A stretch of 64,000 bases of DNA, taken from positions 60,698,001 through 60,762,000 of the forward strand of contig OX597824.1 of assembly GCA_951406725.2 (NCBI GenBank), given 5' to 3'. The position numbers were made by a program, and so were the translations under genes. The notes under the pieces are model-generated. The model was not told the DNA's origin. It saw nothing but the letters and a program-made list of their open reading frames with translations, and made no database searches. Below, piece after piece: positions 51,954 to 63,220 of this stretch; position 1 is the stretch's first letter, and the number at the start of each line of letters is the position of its first letter. The stretch comes from Octopus vulgaris (lineage: Eukaryota).

Positions 51954-53598
51954 TAATAATAATAAAAAAAATACTAAAAATAGATACAGTTAAGTTAGTA
52001 CCAAGTCCATCCTTTCAAGATCGAAATAACTATGAGTTAAGAAATGCTGACCACTAGGTAAAGAAAATTTAGATTAATTCGATTGGCTATTGGTTTGAAA
52101 TTTAAATCACAAAAGAAAATTATACGGTTGGTTAGTCAAGGAACGCCAATATTCACACACGCATCTACAGATCAATCGCACATACACACATAGTTATATG
52201 TATATACATACACTTATACACATACACAATCACAAGCAACAACTAGCACTTAGATAAACAAAAAAGGGAAGCAACTATGCTAACATTTAGTCCTTCAAAA
52301 TTATAACTGAGCCAACAAAAAAAGAACCATCCATGCATTCTATAAAATATTTAATTTAGATATAAATATATTTATAAATATCAGTATGTTACTAATTCAG
52401 ATAATTATTTCATGGGTAACTTAAAATTTATAACACCGGTTTGTTACAGAGTAAACATACGGTTGTTAGGTTTATCGTAAGTTTGTTATGATTTTAAGTA
52501 CGCTAAATTATAAAATATAAAATATAAAATATATATTAATTTAAATATTATAAATAAGTCACTTATTAACTTAATAAATATAGTGCCATAATATACCAGT
52601 TTAGGCATTAAAGAATAGAAGGGGAAGTATTAATGTAAACGCTTATGAGAACATCACAGAAATTTTAAATAAATTTTATATTATAAAGACTTAAGATGAA
52701 AAGAGATAAAATAAATAAAAAGGAATAAATACGAAGGAATAAATACGGTTATACACATAATTATAAGTACAAACTAGTATATATGTATTCATATATTATT
52801 AAAATTAAATAAAAATAAATGATAGATATGTATGTATAAAACTACACCAGTATAAGTAAATAAGTAAAAAATAAATAGGTAACAAATTAGATGACTTGAT
52901 ATGTATGTAAACATCTACACTTAAATAGGCAAATAGATAAATGAATAGAAGACTAGATGCAAAGATTGATAATATTACAATAAAATGGGAAATAAATAAA
53001 AATAAATAAAGTGAATATATATATTTTATATTGTTGAAAGTAAATATGTATGGAAGGATAGTTTAAAGTACAGATCCAGAGGACTATAGATATAAACTAA
53101 ATATATGAGGCTGGTAATAATATAAATTTTAAGTTACCCATGAAATAATTATCTGAATTAGTAACATACTGATATTTATAAATATATTTATATCTAAATT
53201 AAATATTTTATAGAATGCATGGATGGTTCTTTTTTTGTTGGCTCAGTTATAATTTTGAAGGACTAAATGTTAGCATAGTTGCTTCCCTTTTTTGTTTATC
53301 TAAGTGCTAGTTGTTGCTTGTGATTGTGTATGTGTATAAGTGTATGTATATACATATAACTATGTGTGTATGTGCGATTGATCTGTAGATGCGTGTGTGA
53401 ATATTGGCGTTCCTTGACTAACCAACCGTATAATTTTCTTTTGTGATTTAAATTTCAAACCAATAGCCAATCGAATTAATCTAAATTTTCTTTACCTAGT
53501 GGTCAGCATTTCTTAACTCATAGTTATTTCGATCTTGAAAGGATGGACTTGGTACTAACTTAACTGTATCTATTTTTAGTATTTTTTTATTATTATTA

Positions 53599-53648
<50 letters not shown>

Positions 53649-53998
53649 AGTAATTTTTATTAACTTTTATAGCTTTAGAATTTTATGAACTGTACCACGG
53701 ATTTAATTATTATTTTTCATTTCCATATGTGTTAGCCCTTTTTTTTTTTTTTTTTTTTTTATAAAAATAACTATTAGCCAAATATGTATAATATCGGTAC
53801 TTATTAATATTAATATATACACTGTTATATATTTTGTTTTATTTTGTTCTGTTTACCTTCCTTTTTGTACAAATGTGTATTATATTATATAAGTGTAGCA
53901 TTATGATGTATAAGTTTTTATATTTTACATTTTTATATTTTTATATTTATATGTATATGATTATATAATATTTTTCACTATTATAACAAATTTAATTT

Positions 53999-54114
53999 AA
54001 TTCTCTGAAGAGGCCGTGGGGCATCCTTGTTAATGCCTCATTTATACCTGCCTTTATGGCTTATAGGTTAAATGAGGTATGACTATCCTCACTGCCGAAA
54101 CAGCTGTCAGTTTT
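53999..54114 (+). ncRNA. type I hammerhead ribozyme with long stem II
   Basis: CT-CTGAAGA-GGC...GCC-GAAA-C(AGCT)G-TC-AG; predicted cleavage after 54108; stem I weak. Confidence 0.82.
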
Positions 54115-54332
54115 GATTTATTTGCATATTATATTTGAAATTTTTTACTTATATCTCTTTATCTTTTTACTCTTACTATTACTGTATATCTCATTTCATT
54201 TTATATATTGCCTTTACTCATATGTAATGGTGTATTAAAGTATGGATTGAGTATCATCGGATAGTTGATGTTTTACTGATTTAAGTATGTTTCTCCATTC
54301 TCTAATTTTGTAGTATATATATATATATATAT

Positions 54333-54975
54333 ATGAATAAATAAATGGAGTTTAACGCAGGTGTAATCAAATATTTTTACTTTCAACACATGTTTCGAAA
54401 ATTCCACTGATACTATTCAAAAGAATAAATGGTATTAACAATGCAATCTTCTCCTCAGTGAAAAAAACGAAACTCGTCAATAAGACATTTTAGCAAAAAA
54501 TGATGGATTTGTATAGCGATTGACAGAACGCTATTAATATTGTTTAAAAAAACGTTATATGATATAACGTAATAAGTAGCTAGTACTCTTTCTGTTAGCT
54601 ACTTATGACGTTATATAACGTCATAAGTAGCTAACAGAAAGAGTACAAATCCATCATTTTTTGCTAAAATGTCTTATTGACGAGTTTCGTTTTTTCACTT
54701 TCCTGAGGAGAAGATTGCATTGTTTATACCATTTATTCTTTTGAATAGTATCAGTGGAATTTTCGAAACATGTGTCGAAAGTAAAAATATTTGATTACAC
54801 CTGCGTTAAACTCCATTTATTTATTCATATATTATTCAAAATATTCAACGTAAACACGAAGTTTCTACCTTTATAAACAAGGAGTTACAACACCTTTACT
54901 TGTGAGATTTTTGCTGCCCTGGTAACTATTTATTTATTTTTTCCGTGTTAATTGTTAACAAGGTAAAAATACACT
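54333..54975. mobile_element. fold-back Penelope-like element of another family with a perfect 64-bp palindrome (54583-54646)
   Basis: ~54333-54513 is the reverse complement of ~54644-54830; TA-flanked. Confidence 0.8.
54697..54782 (+). ncRNA. type I hammerhead ribozyme, fully intact
   Basis: ACTTTC-CTGAGGA-GAAGATT...AATTTTC-GAAA-C(ATGT)G-TC-GAAAGT; predicted cleavage after 54776. A damaged inverted copy lies at ~54379-54464(-). Confidence 0.88.
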
Positions 54976-54992
54976 CATCTATTTATATATAA

Positions 54993-55070
<78 letters not shown>

Positions 55071-55072
<2 letters not shown>

Positions 55073-55470
55073 AGTGGCTGTGTGGTAAGTAGCTTGCTAA
55101 CCAACCACATGGTTCCAGGTTCAGTCCCACTGCGTGGCATCTTGGGCAAGTGTCTTCTGCTATAGCCCCAGGCCGACCAATGCCTTGTGAGTGGATTTGG
55201 TAGATGGAAACTGAAAGAAGCCCGTCGTATATATGTATATATATATGTATGTATGTATGTGTGTTTGTGTGTCTATGTTTGTCCCCCCTAGCATCGCTTG
55301 ACAACCGATGCTGGTGTGTTTATGTCCCCGTCACTTAGTGGTTCGGCAAAAGAGACCGATAGAATAAGTACTGGGCTTACAAAGAATAAGTCCCGGGGTC
55401 GATTTGCTCGACTAAAGGCGGTGCTCCAGCATGGCCGCAGTCAAATGACTGAAACAAGTAAAAGAGTAAC
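55071..55470 (+). mobile_element. tRNA-headed SINE family 1, full copy within (TA)n
   Basis: A-box TGGCTGTGTGG, B-box GGTTCAGTCCC, internal microsatellite; many copies in the window. Confidence 0.88.
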
Positions 55471-55474
55471 AGAG

Positions 55475-55507
<33 letters not shown>

Positions 55508-55596
55508 GTATATTCAAATATGAAATAGATGCAGTGCTAGTATAATAAACATTATTAACCACATATAGTTAACATACATACTTCAGGTATTTGCCA

Positions 55597-55743
55597 GTAG
55601 GCTGCAATTTGGCATGATGGAGAGTATTCTCTCAAAGTGCCAGGTGTTAGAGGTGAGTTATCTTGCCTGTCCATGACTCTAAGTTGTTTTAACACCCAGC
55701 GCTTCAAGAGAATATTCTCCATCATGCCAAGCTGCAGCCTACC
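55597..55743. repeat. ~55-bp imperfect inverted repeat (MITE-like hairpin)
   Basis: gtaggctgcaatttggcatgatggagagtattctct / agagaatattctccatcatgccaagctgcagcctac. Confidence 0.75.
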
Positions 55744-56314
55744 AGAAAATATACTACGAATATACATTAAGTATATGTGGTTGACATATACATATATATA
55801 TATATATATATGAGCAAAATAGCTAGTTGTAAAATATCAAGAAGAGATCAGAGTAGTAACTATGCTAAACAGGAAAGTCAGCTGCCACATCAAAGTGGTT
55901 GTTACCTGTTACTACTAGTTTAACCCCAGGTAGATCTTCCACCAGCTAGTGTCGGTGTGATGCTGCACCCTTTATATGCAATACATATTGCTTGCTAGGG
56001 TAACAAACTCCTACCATCCTTGAACTGATAACAAAATTGTGAGACTGACTCAGTTTTGAGCCATTTAGTTCATCCTCAGTCTGAGCACTGGCCACCAGAG
56101 TGATAGCCAGAGTCTGTTCCAGCCAGCAATATATTGCAAACAAAGTGACCATTGGTCACTGATTTGCAATAAGTAAAATAGCTAGATGTAAAATCTCAAG
56201 AAGTGATCAGAGTAGTAACTATACTAAAAAGTATATATATTATGCATTTACACACACATTTAAATGTATTTAAGTATAGACATATATGTATCTATGCATG
56301 TCTGTATATAAGTA

Positions 56315-57494
56315 CTAGCATTAAAGACCCGTCGTTGCCGGGTCATAGTGCTAGTGCATGTATATATGTGTATATATATGTGTACATATTACATGTACAT
56401 CTATATATATATACATCTACACATAAAATACAAAATCATATCTTGATATCGCTAGTGATAACAATACTCAAAATATATAACAGACTGGAATTGTTTGCCC
56501 GTCTCTTGTAATTTCGATCAATTGCATCTTGTCCTCCCTCTTGTATAGAAGTGTGGCTACAATCCAGCCTACCTGTACTTCTGGGGGAGGGGGGGCATTT
56601 TTGGTTTTTTTCCAGGACGTCCTATGTCCCAGATATAAAGGTAAAAATAAAATATTTCCACTTTGCAAGTTCGAGTCGAGTACTCCCTTGCATGCTCCGT
56701 TGACTCGAACCTTGCTTCTATTGTGGCGAATTTACCGCCTCTGATTAGATACCTTTCATAGTCGCACCAAAACACTTTTCGAAGGTGCTTTCCTCCATGT
56801 GTTCAAATCTTCTTTTTTCTCTACATTGTATACTTTATAGACAATAGTCTTTTCTTTAATTTAATTTATTATTATTCATCTGGACTATTCCATTTCTGCA
56901 CACTAATTTTATTTTTAATTTATTCCCATTCATGTGAAACCACTTATTCAAGTTCGAGTCATTGATGCAATTTTATACCAATTGCTATTTTTACTTTTGT
57001 TATGTTATGATTATATTATACTTTAGTTTGATTTTAATTATTACTTACTACATATAATTCAATTGTTATTATTATTTTTATTGTTAAAGTGAAAGTATCT
57101 GACATAAAATAGAGAAACGTTTTTGTTTCACTTTTAACACGTAATACTGAAATAGTGGAGAAGATATGATATTGCTATGGGCTCGCCCTAGGCAAGAAGT
57201 TGAACACTTTTTTTGCCCATGAAACTACATGGACCCTGAGTAAGGCATGTGTAAAATTTGAATGGAATTGGTTGTGTTGTTCTCAAGTTTTAGGGAATCG
57301 TAGTGGAGAAGATATGATATTGCTGTGGGCTCGCCTTAGGCAAAAAGTTCAAAATCTTTTTTGCTGATGACACTCCCCGGACCCTAAGTAAGGCATATGT
57401 AAAATTTGAATGAAATTGTAGTTCTCAAGTTTTAGGGAAACACACACACAGACAGACAGACAGACACACATTCTCAGTTTTATATATATATAGA
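56315..57494 (-). mobile_element. non-autonomous Helitron with a captured coding-like fragment and a ~148-bp internal duplication
   Basis: 5' A|TCTATATATATATAAAAC; 3' hairpin GACCCGGCAACGACGGGTC plus CTAG|T; duplication ~57152-57300 / 57301-57440. Confidence 0.82.
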
Positions 57495-58223
57495 TATTCA
57501 TATATATGTATACATGCATGTGTGTGTGTGTAAATGCCAAATCAAGAACTTTCAGTTCAGTATTTACAAGTACACAGTTCAGTTAATTCTATGAAAATGG
57601 TCATGACAAACCTAAAGAGACAATATATTCCCCACTGGCCATGGGAAGGAGAAGTGAGATGAAGAGCTTCTATTTTGGAATTTCTTTCCTTTCAGTCTTT
57701 TTCTTTTTTCATTTTTGTCCCATTTTCCAGCTAGATAACCTCATCTTCAGAGTATATTTTTTCAATATTTATAGCTATACCAAGTAGATATAATTCACGT
57801 CAACACATGCTATAAAGTGTTTGTAAATATTCTTTTCTACTCTAGGTACAAGGCCCGAAATTTTATGGGAGGGGGCCAGTCGATTAGATCGACCCCAGTA
57901 CACAACTGATATTTAATTTATCAACCCCGAAAGGATGAAAGGCAAAGTCAACTTTGGCAGAATTTGAAAGTGTTTGTAAATATTAAAACATTGACACAAA
58001 ACATGAGGTAAATAGTGTGGAAAATAATATAATCTTATTAACAATGCTTCATATCAGATTTTAGATATACAGTATACTTTTATATAGTTGCTAATATTTG
58101 CTAGAGGTTACTGGGGGGATTAGCAGAAAATAATGCACTTTTATACTAACAAAGAGGGAATCAAATTTTCTTTTTAATTAATGTTAAAGAGTATTCTAGG
58201 AATAACATAATGAAATGTCTCAC

Positions 58224-58360
58224 CTGAGTGGATAACATAACAGTTGCAGTAGAAGCCATAGTAGTAACAGTTGTAGCAGCAGTAGTAGTAGGAATAGTAG
58301 TAGCAAGAATAGTAGTAGTAGCTGTTGTAGCAACTGTAGTGGTATGCTTAGTTGATGTAG
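58224..58360 (-). CDS. module B exon: Thr-rich mucin-like linker
   Basis: ctttgttccag / CAG|gtgaga; phase 1-0; (A)TSTKHTTTVATTATTTILATTIPTTTAATTVTTMASTATVMLSTQ. Confidence 0.85.
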
Positions 58361-58539
58361 CTGGAACAAAGCAGTAGTAATTAAAGAGAACTTCAAAGAA
58401 GTAGAAGAACCCTGATAGACAAAAGGAATACAAAGTCTATATGAAGTAATTTGTAACTGGAATCTGAATCGAAGAGAAAATCTAGACATACGAAACTGGG
58501 CTGAAAGGTTCACAGGCTGACTATGAAGATGTGATGCTA

Positions 58540-59180
58540 GAACTGTGAGATCTTACACGCATTTATTTCAGTCGTTCTTATTGGTAACTGCATTATTTCT
58601 TTCCAGGCAAACTGGGATCTGACTGTTCAAATAAGACTTCAAAACCCAATAGCTCGTAGTAAATTTTCTTGAAACTCGACAAAATTTGGCATCGTGGTAT
58701 TATCAAACACCTGCAGAAAATAGCTTTAGCACCCCAAGGACATTCATGCAGACACGCTCACTACATTAGAGAACGACACTCAAGTTTTATCAACAGTGCA
58801 AAAGTGGGCAGCTGAATTTAGTGAAGGAAGGGAGAGACTTGAAGATGACGCAAGATCTGGATTTCCTACAAGTGCTACCACCGAGGGAAACATTGATCAT
58901 GTTCACTGCATGCTGATGGATGGTGATTGATTGTAAATCAAATAGTCAATGCTATGTGCATATCCCATGAGAGAATTGAGAATGTTCTCTACAATGAGCT
59001 TAGAATGACAAAGGTGACTGCAAGAGTATATCAAGCTGATCACATCACTAGAAAATCTGACATTTTTTCAGGCAGATCCAGCTGGTTTCCATAAACGTTT
59101 CTTAAGCCAGGATGAGTGTTAGTTTAATCACTTTGAGCCAGAGACAAAGAGACAGTCCATGTAGTGGAAACACCTCCTCC
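58540..59180 (+). mobile_element. mariner transposase N-terminal fossil
   Basis: KWAAEF..GRE.LEDDARSG.P and QDEC*FNHFEPETKRQSM*WKH remnants. Confidence 0.8.
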
Positions 59181-60379
59181 TGTAATTTCTACGATCAGCA
59201 GGAATTGCATGTCCTGAGATTGTATATGAGCCAGCAATCTCCAGGATGGGCACATTTAGGTTATCAGCAAACAAAGGCTTGATGTTTGTTGACAGGAATT
59301 CATCCAATGGCAACAATAAGTTAGGTCAAAATCTGGAACCTCATTGAGCTGCAAGATTTATCTGTGATCAGAATTTTCAACCGACCATTATCATTACTCA
59401 GAAGTTATCTCTCATCTCATTAAGAGCATACAGGCAGGAAATTTTAACCTGGGAAACTACATTTTGCATTTTTTTTTTGTATTAAGAGGATCCTTTCTGG
59501 AAGAGTGAGCTGTTGTTCTAAGGAGAAAGTTATCTCTTTTTTCACCATATGATTTGTGTGTAGGATCCACACATATGCACATACATGCATACAGACACAA
59601 CTCTCAAAAACACTTGTCAGTATAAGTATTAAATATTAAAGACATGACAGGGAAGAGTGAGACAGGGAGAAAGATAGAGAGAAAGAGGGCAAGAAAAGAG
59701 GGAAAACTGTAAATTGAGGAGGAAGTTTGGGAAAAATCCAGAAACCATGTAAAGATTTGGGAATATTTTAGAAGGGGAACTAAATTTGTAAATATAAAGA
59801 CCCATAAAGGATCTATGTTGGCCATAAGGCTCGGTTGGGAAAGGAGCATACTTGGGAAAGATTAGAGTCCTATGAAGAAGTACTGGACTTGAGTATGAAT
59901 ATTTTCTTGTGCATATAGTGGGTGAAGTTTTCTGTTTTGGCATTAAGCTAAGAGCATGCTTTCTGAAAGGTCTTCAAAAATATTCTCTTTTATGCTCTGT
60001 AGATGTTGCATCTCCTAGAAGCATTCAAGTATAGTCTAGAATTTTTGGCGATCTTCAAGTTTATGTCAAAAACTGTACCATTTTCTTTTAGCTGTCACTT
60101 GTAGCTTGTGGCCATTGTCATATTTGAATTCATGGTGCTTCTGAATGAGCTGGTGTAGCTATAGGATCTTCATTAAGTGAAGGGTTTACAATGTTTGTGC
60201 GTATGTGTGTGTGACTCTGTGTGTGTGTGTGCGTGTGTGTGTGTGTATCCATGTATAAAACAGCAAAATAAATAAAAGGATTATAAGGTTTTTAAAGATT
60301 TAGAAACGAAGACTTGATTGTATGCATTTCAAAAAATATCTACAAATAGCTGATACAATGAAATGTTTAAAGTAATTAC

Positions 60380-60436
60380 CAAGAGTAGTTACTGGCTTTG
60401 TTGAATCTGTAGTCCAATCAGAACCATAATTGGCAT
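60380..60436 (-). CDS. module B exon following the ShKT domain
   Basis: ttttcattctcag / TTG|gtaatt; phase 1-1; (Y)ANYGSDWTTDSTKPVTTL. Confidence 0.82.
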
Positions 60437-60479
60437 CTGAGAATGAAAAAAGTATTTAAGATAAAGCAGTGTATTCCAT

Positions 60480-60659
60480 AACTGGAGTCTGTTTTAGCTG
60501 AAGAATGGGCAAAAATTCTTTTGGAAACAATTCAAACTTTGTAAGAGTCCATACCTCATAGAATTCAAGCTGTAATTACTGCCAAAGGCAGTCTTACCCC
60601 ATATTAAAGTAAATTTGTTTGAAATTTTAAGGTGTTTCCATTATTTTGTCCAATCCCTA
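60480..60659 (+). mobile_element. Tc1-like transposon 3' end
   Basis: EEWAKI..ETIQTL*ESIPHRIQAVITAKGSLTPY* followed by a terminal repeat remnant. Confidence 0.75.
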
Positions 60660-60784
60660 TATATATATAGACAGATAGATATGCATGCACATGTATATAG
60701 ATCCAGCTTTCTTTCTCTCACTGTCCCTCTCTGTACACACATACACACACACACAATAATACATTATACAAAAACAAATGGCTC

Positions 60785-61161
60785 TCTCTTGGTTACGACG
60801 ACGAGTGTTCCAGTTGATCCAATCAACAGAACAGCCTGCTCATGAAATTAACTTAGCAAGTGGCTGAACACTCCACAGACACATGTACCCTAAACGTAGT
60901 TCTCGGGGAGATTCAGTGTGACACAGAGTGTGACAAAGCTGGCCCTTTGAAATACAGGTACAAGAGAAACAAGAAGAAAGAGTGAGAGAAATTTGTGGTG
61001 AAAGAGTACAACAGGTTTCACTCCCCACCCCCCGTCAGAGCCTCGTGGAGCTTTTAGGTGTTTTCACTCAATAAACACTCACAACTCCCAGTCTGGGAAT
61101 CGAAACTGCAATCGTAAGACCGTGAGTCCACTGCCCTACCCACTGGGCCATTGTGCCTCCA
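60785..61161 (-). mobile_element. tRNA-headed SINE family 3
   Basis: Minus-strand head TGGAGGCACAATGGCCCAGTGG (A box) ... GTTTCGATTCC (B box). Confidence 0.75.
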
Positions 61162-61662
61162 CTACATTATAATACTTTATAATAAATTATAAAACAGCTG
61201 TTAACTGTAATTTAAATAATAGGCTTTATCTTCACACCTGTAACTCTTGCTAGTTGTTGGCCCTATACAAAGCACACATTATATTGCTACCATATATAGG
61301 ATACCTCTGTGTCTAAGTAACTGGACTAGCTATATCTTGTTGCAGCTTACTTCCATATACACACTTCTATCACAACAATTCAGTTTTAGCTTCTGAAATG
61401 TTCTTCAATATTGACATCATTGATGTTTGTGAAAGACAAATTGTGCACAAAATAGATGGGAACAAGAGATAGCAAGGAAGAGATGGCAGATAGTGTTGTT
61501 ACAGCTTGCATTTGGTTGTCTTTTTCTTGTTGACTTCAGAAAGCTCAGTATCTAATCTGTCTTTATAAAATATATGTCACACAAATTTTGATTAGAGTAT
61601 TTTGTGAGCTGCTATTAGAGAAGGAAGGAAGAAGTAAAAGCATAAAAATACAAGTTACTTAC

Positions 61663-61779
61663 ATGGACATATTCCACACATTTTGGGACATAGGTTTGGA
61701 ACATTGGCATACTTAGTACACCATTCTGGTTTGTAGTATGAACCACAGTAACCATTATCTTTGCCTAGAGAGCAATTCA
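61663..61779 (-). CDS. module B exon: ShKT-like domain
   Basis: gttctttatag / gtaagt; phase 1-1; 117 nt like its paralogue; (M)NCSLGKDNGYCGSYYKPEWCTKYANVPNLCPKMCGICP. Confidence 0.92.
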
Positions 61780-62059
61780 CTATAAAGAACAAAAAATTAA
61801 TACAGGAGACAAAATGAGGAATTGGCTTTATAGGGAAAACAAAATTTCACTTCTATGCAAAAAGTAGCATTACTCAATATTTAGTTATAGAGATTACAGG
61901 AATTCTATAATGTATATGTAATGTAAACAGTGTGAAATACAAAAAAGAAGTAAGTAGGGTCTCTTGAGGTGTGATAGATGCATATGTGACTTAATAAACA
62001 AAACAGCTAGATATGGTGAAAAAATAGTTGTTAGTATGAGGAACTTGTTCATTCTGATT

Positions 62060-62535
62060 CTTTGTGGAGAGGTTGACTGCATAAAGGCAGTGTGAGATGT
62101 GTGATACCAAAAGGTTGTGGGATAAAGACATGGACTGAGTATGGAAGATCTATTTCAGAGGTTGGAAAGAAATGACACATGCATGATATATGGGATGTGA
62201 CATTGAAGACATCAGCCAATGTATCCAAGAGAGAGAAATGTTCTGGTTATGGGCAAGTGATGTGAATTGGTGAGGACTGGTAGATGAAATAGTAGTTTGA
62301 AGTGATAGAAAATGATGATGCAGGTGAGAGAAGAGTGAGAAAGATGTGTGAAGTTTTGGAAAAGACAGTTGTCATGATGTTGAGCCTAATTGATGTTGAA
62401 TTGAAATAGTATTAAGCATCACATTGGGACTTATTTAAGCCTGTAACTGTATGGAAAAGCATATGTTAAAACAGTGATAATAAAGACAATGACAACAACA
62501 ATGAAGACGAGGATGATGATGATGATGATGATGGA
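62060..62535 (+). mobile_element. highly degenerate RTE 3' fragment
   Basis: Remnants aligning by eye to 49190-49570; (GAT)n tail. Confidence 0.5.
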
Positions 62536-62699
62536 GAAGGTTTACCTAAAGCTAATCTGTTTTGTTTAAAACCGTCAATGTCATATTATATAGGAACATA
62601 ATAATAAACAGAAACAGTGAATGTATAACAAAACTCACAATGATAATTTCAGAACTAATTACTGTCCAAATTTCTTATTATTTGATATTATTGTCATAG

Positions 62700-62800
62700 T
62701 TGTCATCATCATCGTCATCATCATCATCATCATCACCATCATTTTCGTCTACATCATTATTGTCATCATCATCATCATCGTCATCGTCACCGTCAACGTC

Positions 62801-62832
<32 letters not shown>

Positions 62833-62850
62833 CGTCAGCAACAACAACAA
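62700..62850. repeat. (CAT)n/(CAA)n microsatellite
   Basis: Directly visible. Confidence 0.9.
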
Positions 62851-63118
62851 TTTATCTTATATTTCTCCACCCATGGTAGTTTGGGTAGATTAGCTACAGT
62901 ATATAACAATTTGTTTCAATCAGCATCATATCTTGGGAGGCTTGGTCCCATCAACATAATAAGCTGTTCTTTATCCAACAGCAGTTGTCAATATACAACA
63001 CTGCCAACTCACCTGTACAAAGGATGGTGCAATTTGGGATTTCTTTTTGTACTTTAATTATTATTATTATTATTATATATAAATAGTTAAAGTATCAATA
63101 TTAAATAAATATATTTAC

Positions 63119-63220
63119 TTGAACAGTCTGGTTGAGAAAAGTATTTTGAACTACCACATTTACAATTACAACCATTATCAATCCTTGAACCTTCATTCAG
63201 ACAAACCTTTCCTTTACAAT
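63119..63220 (-). CDS. module B exon: EGF-like domain
   Basis: tttactttcag / CAA|gtaaat; phase 1-1; 102 nt like its paralogue; (D)CKGKVCLNEGSRIDNGCNCKCGSSKYFSQPDCS. Confidence 0.9.

Larger units (their letters stand above)
51060..54316. mobile_element. 3.2-kb non-coding fold-back element with ~1.2-kb near-identical inverted arms, Penelope-like
   Basis: 51233-52432 is the reverse complement of 53121-54316; (TA)n on both flanks; one hammerhead per arm. Confidence 0.85.

Noticed and set aside
55946-56152. Signal-peptide-like ORF MVTLFAIYCW... as first exon of module A
   Set aside because: No phase-2 donor to join the 43827 candidate exon and no homology support. A phase-0 donor (ATG|gtagga) exists, so it is not fully excluded.
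57577-57610. Possible terminal exon VCHDHFHRIN* for module B
   Set aside because: The acceptor is plausible but there is no similarity to module A's terminal exon; too short to support.
59128-59350. Minus-strand ORF containing LFADN
   Set aside because: Probably a tiny decayed LINE RT remnant; too little to classify.
63013-63045. Strong donor CAG|gtgagt
   Set aside because: No pyrimidine-rich acceptor; the EGF and ShKT exons already join in phase.
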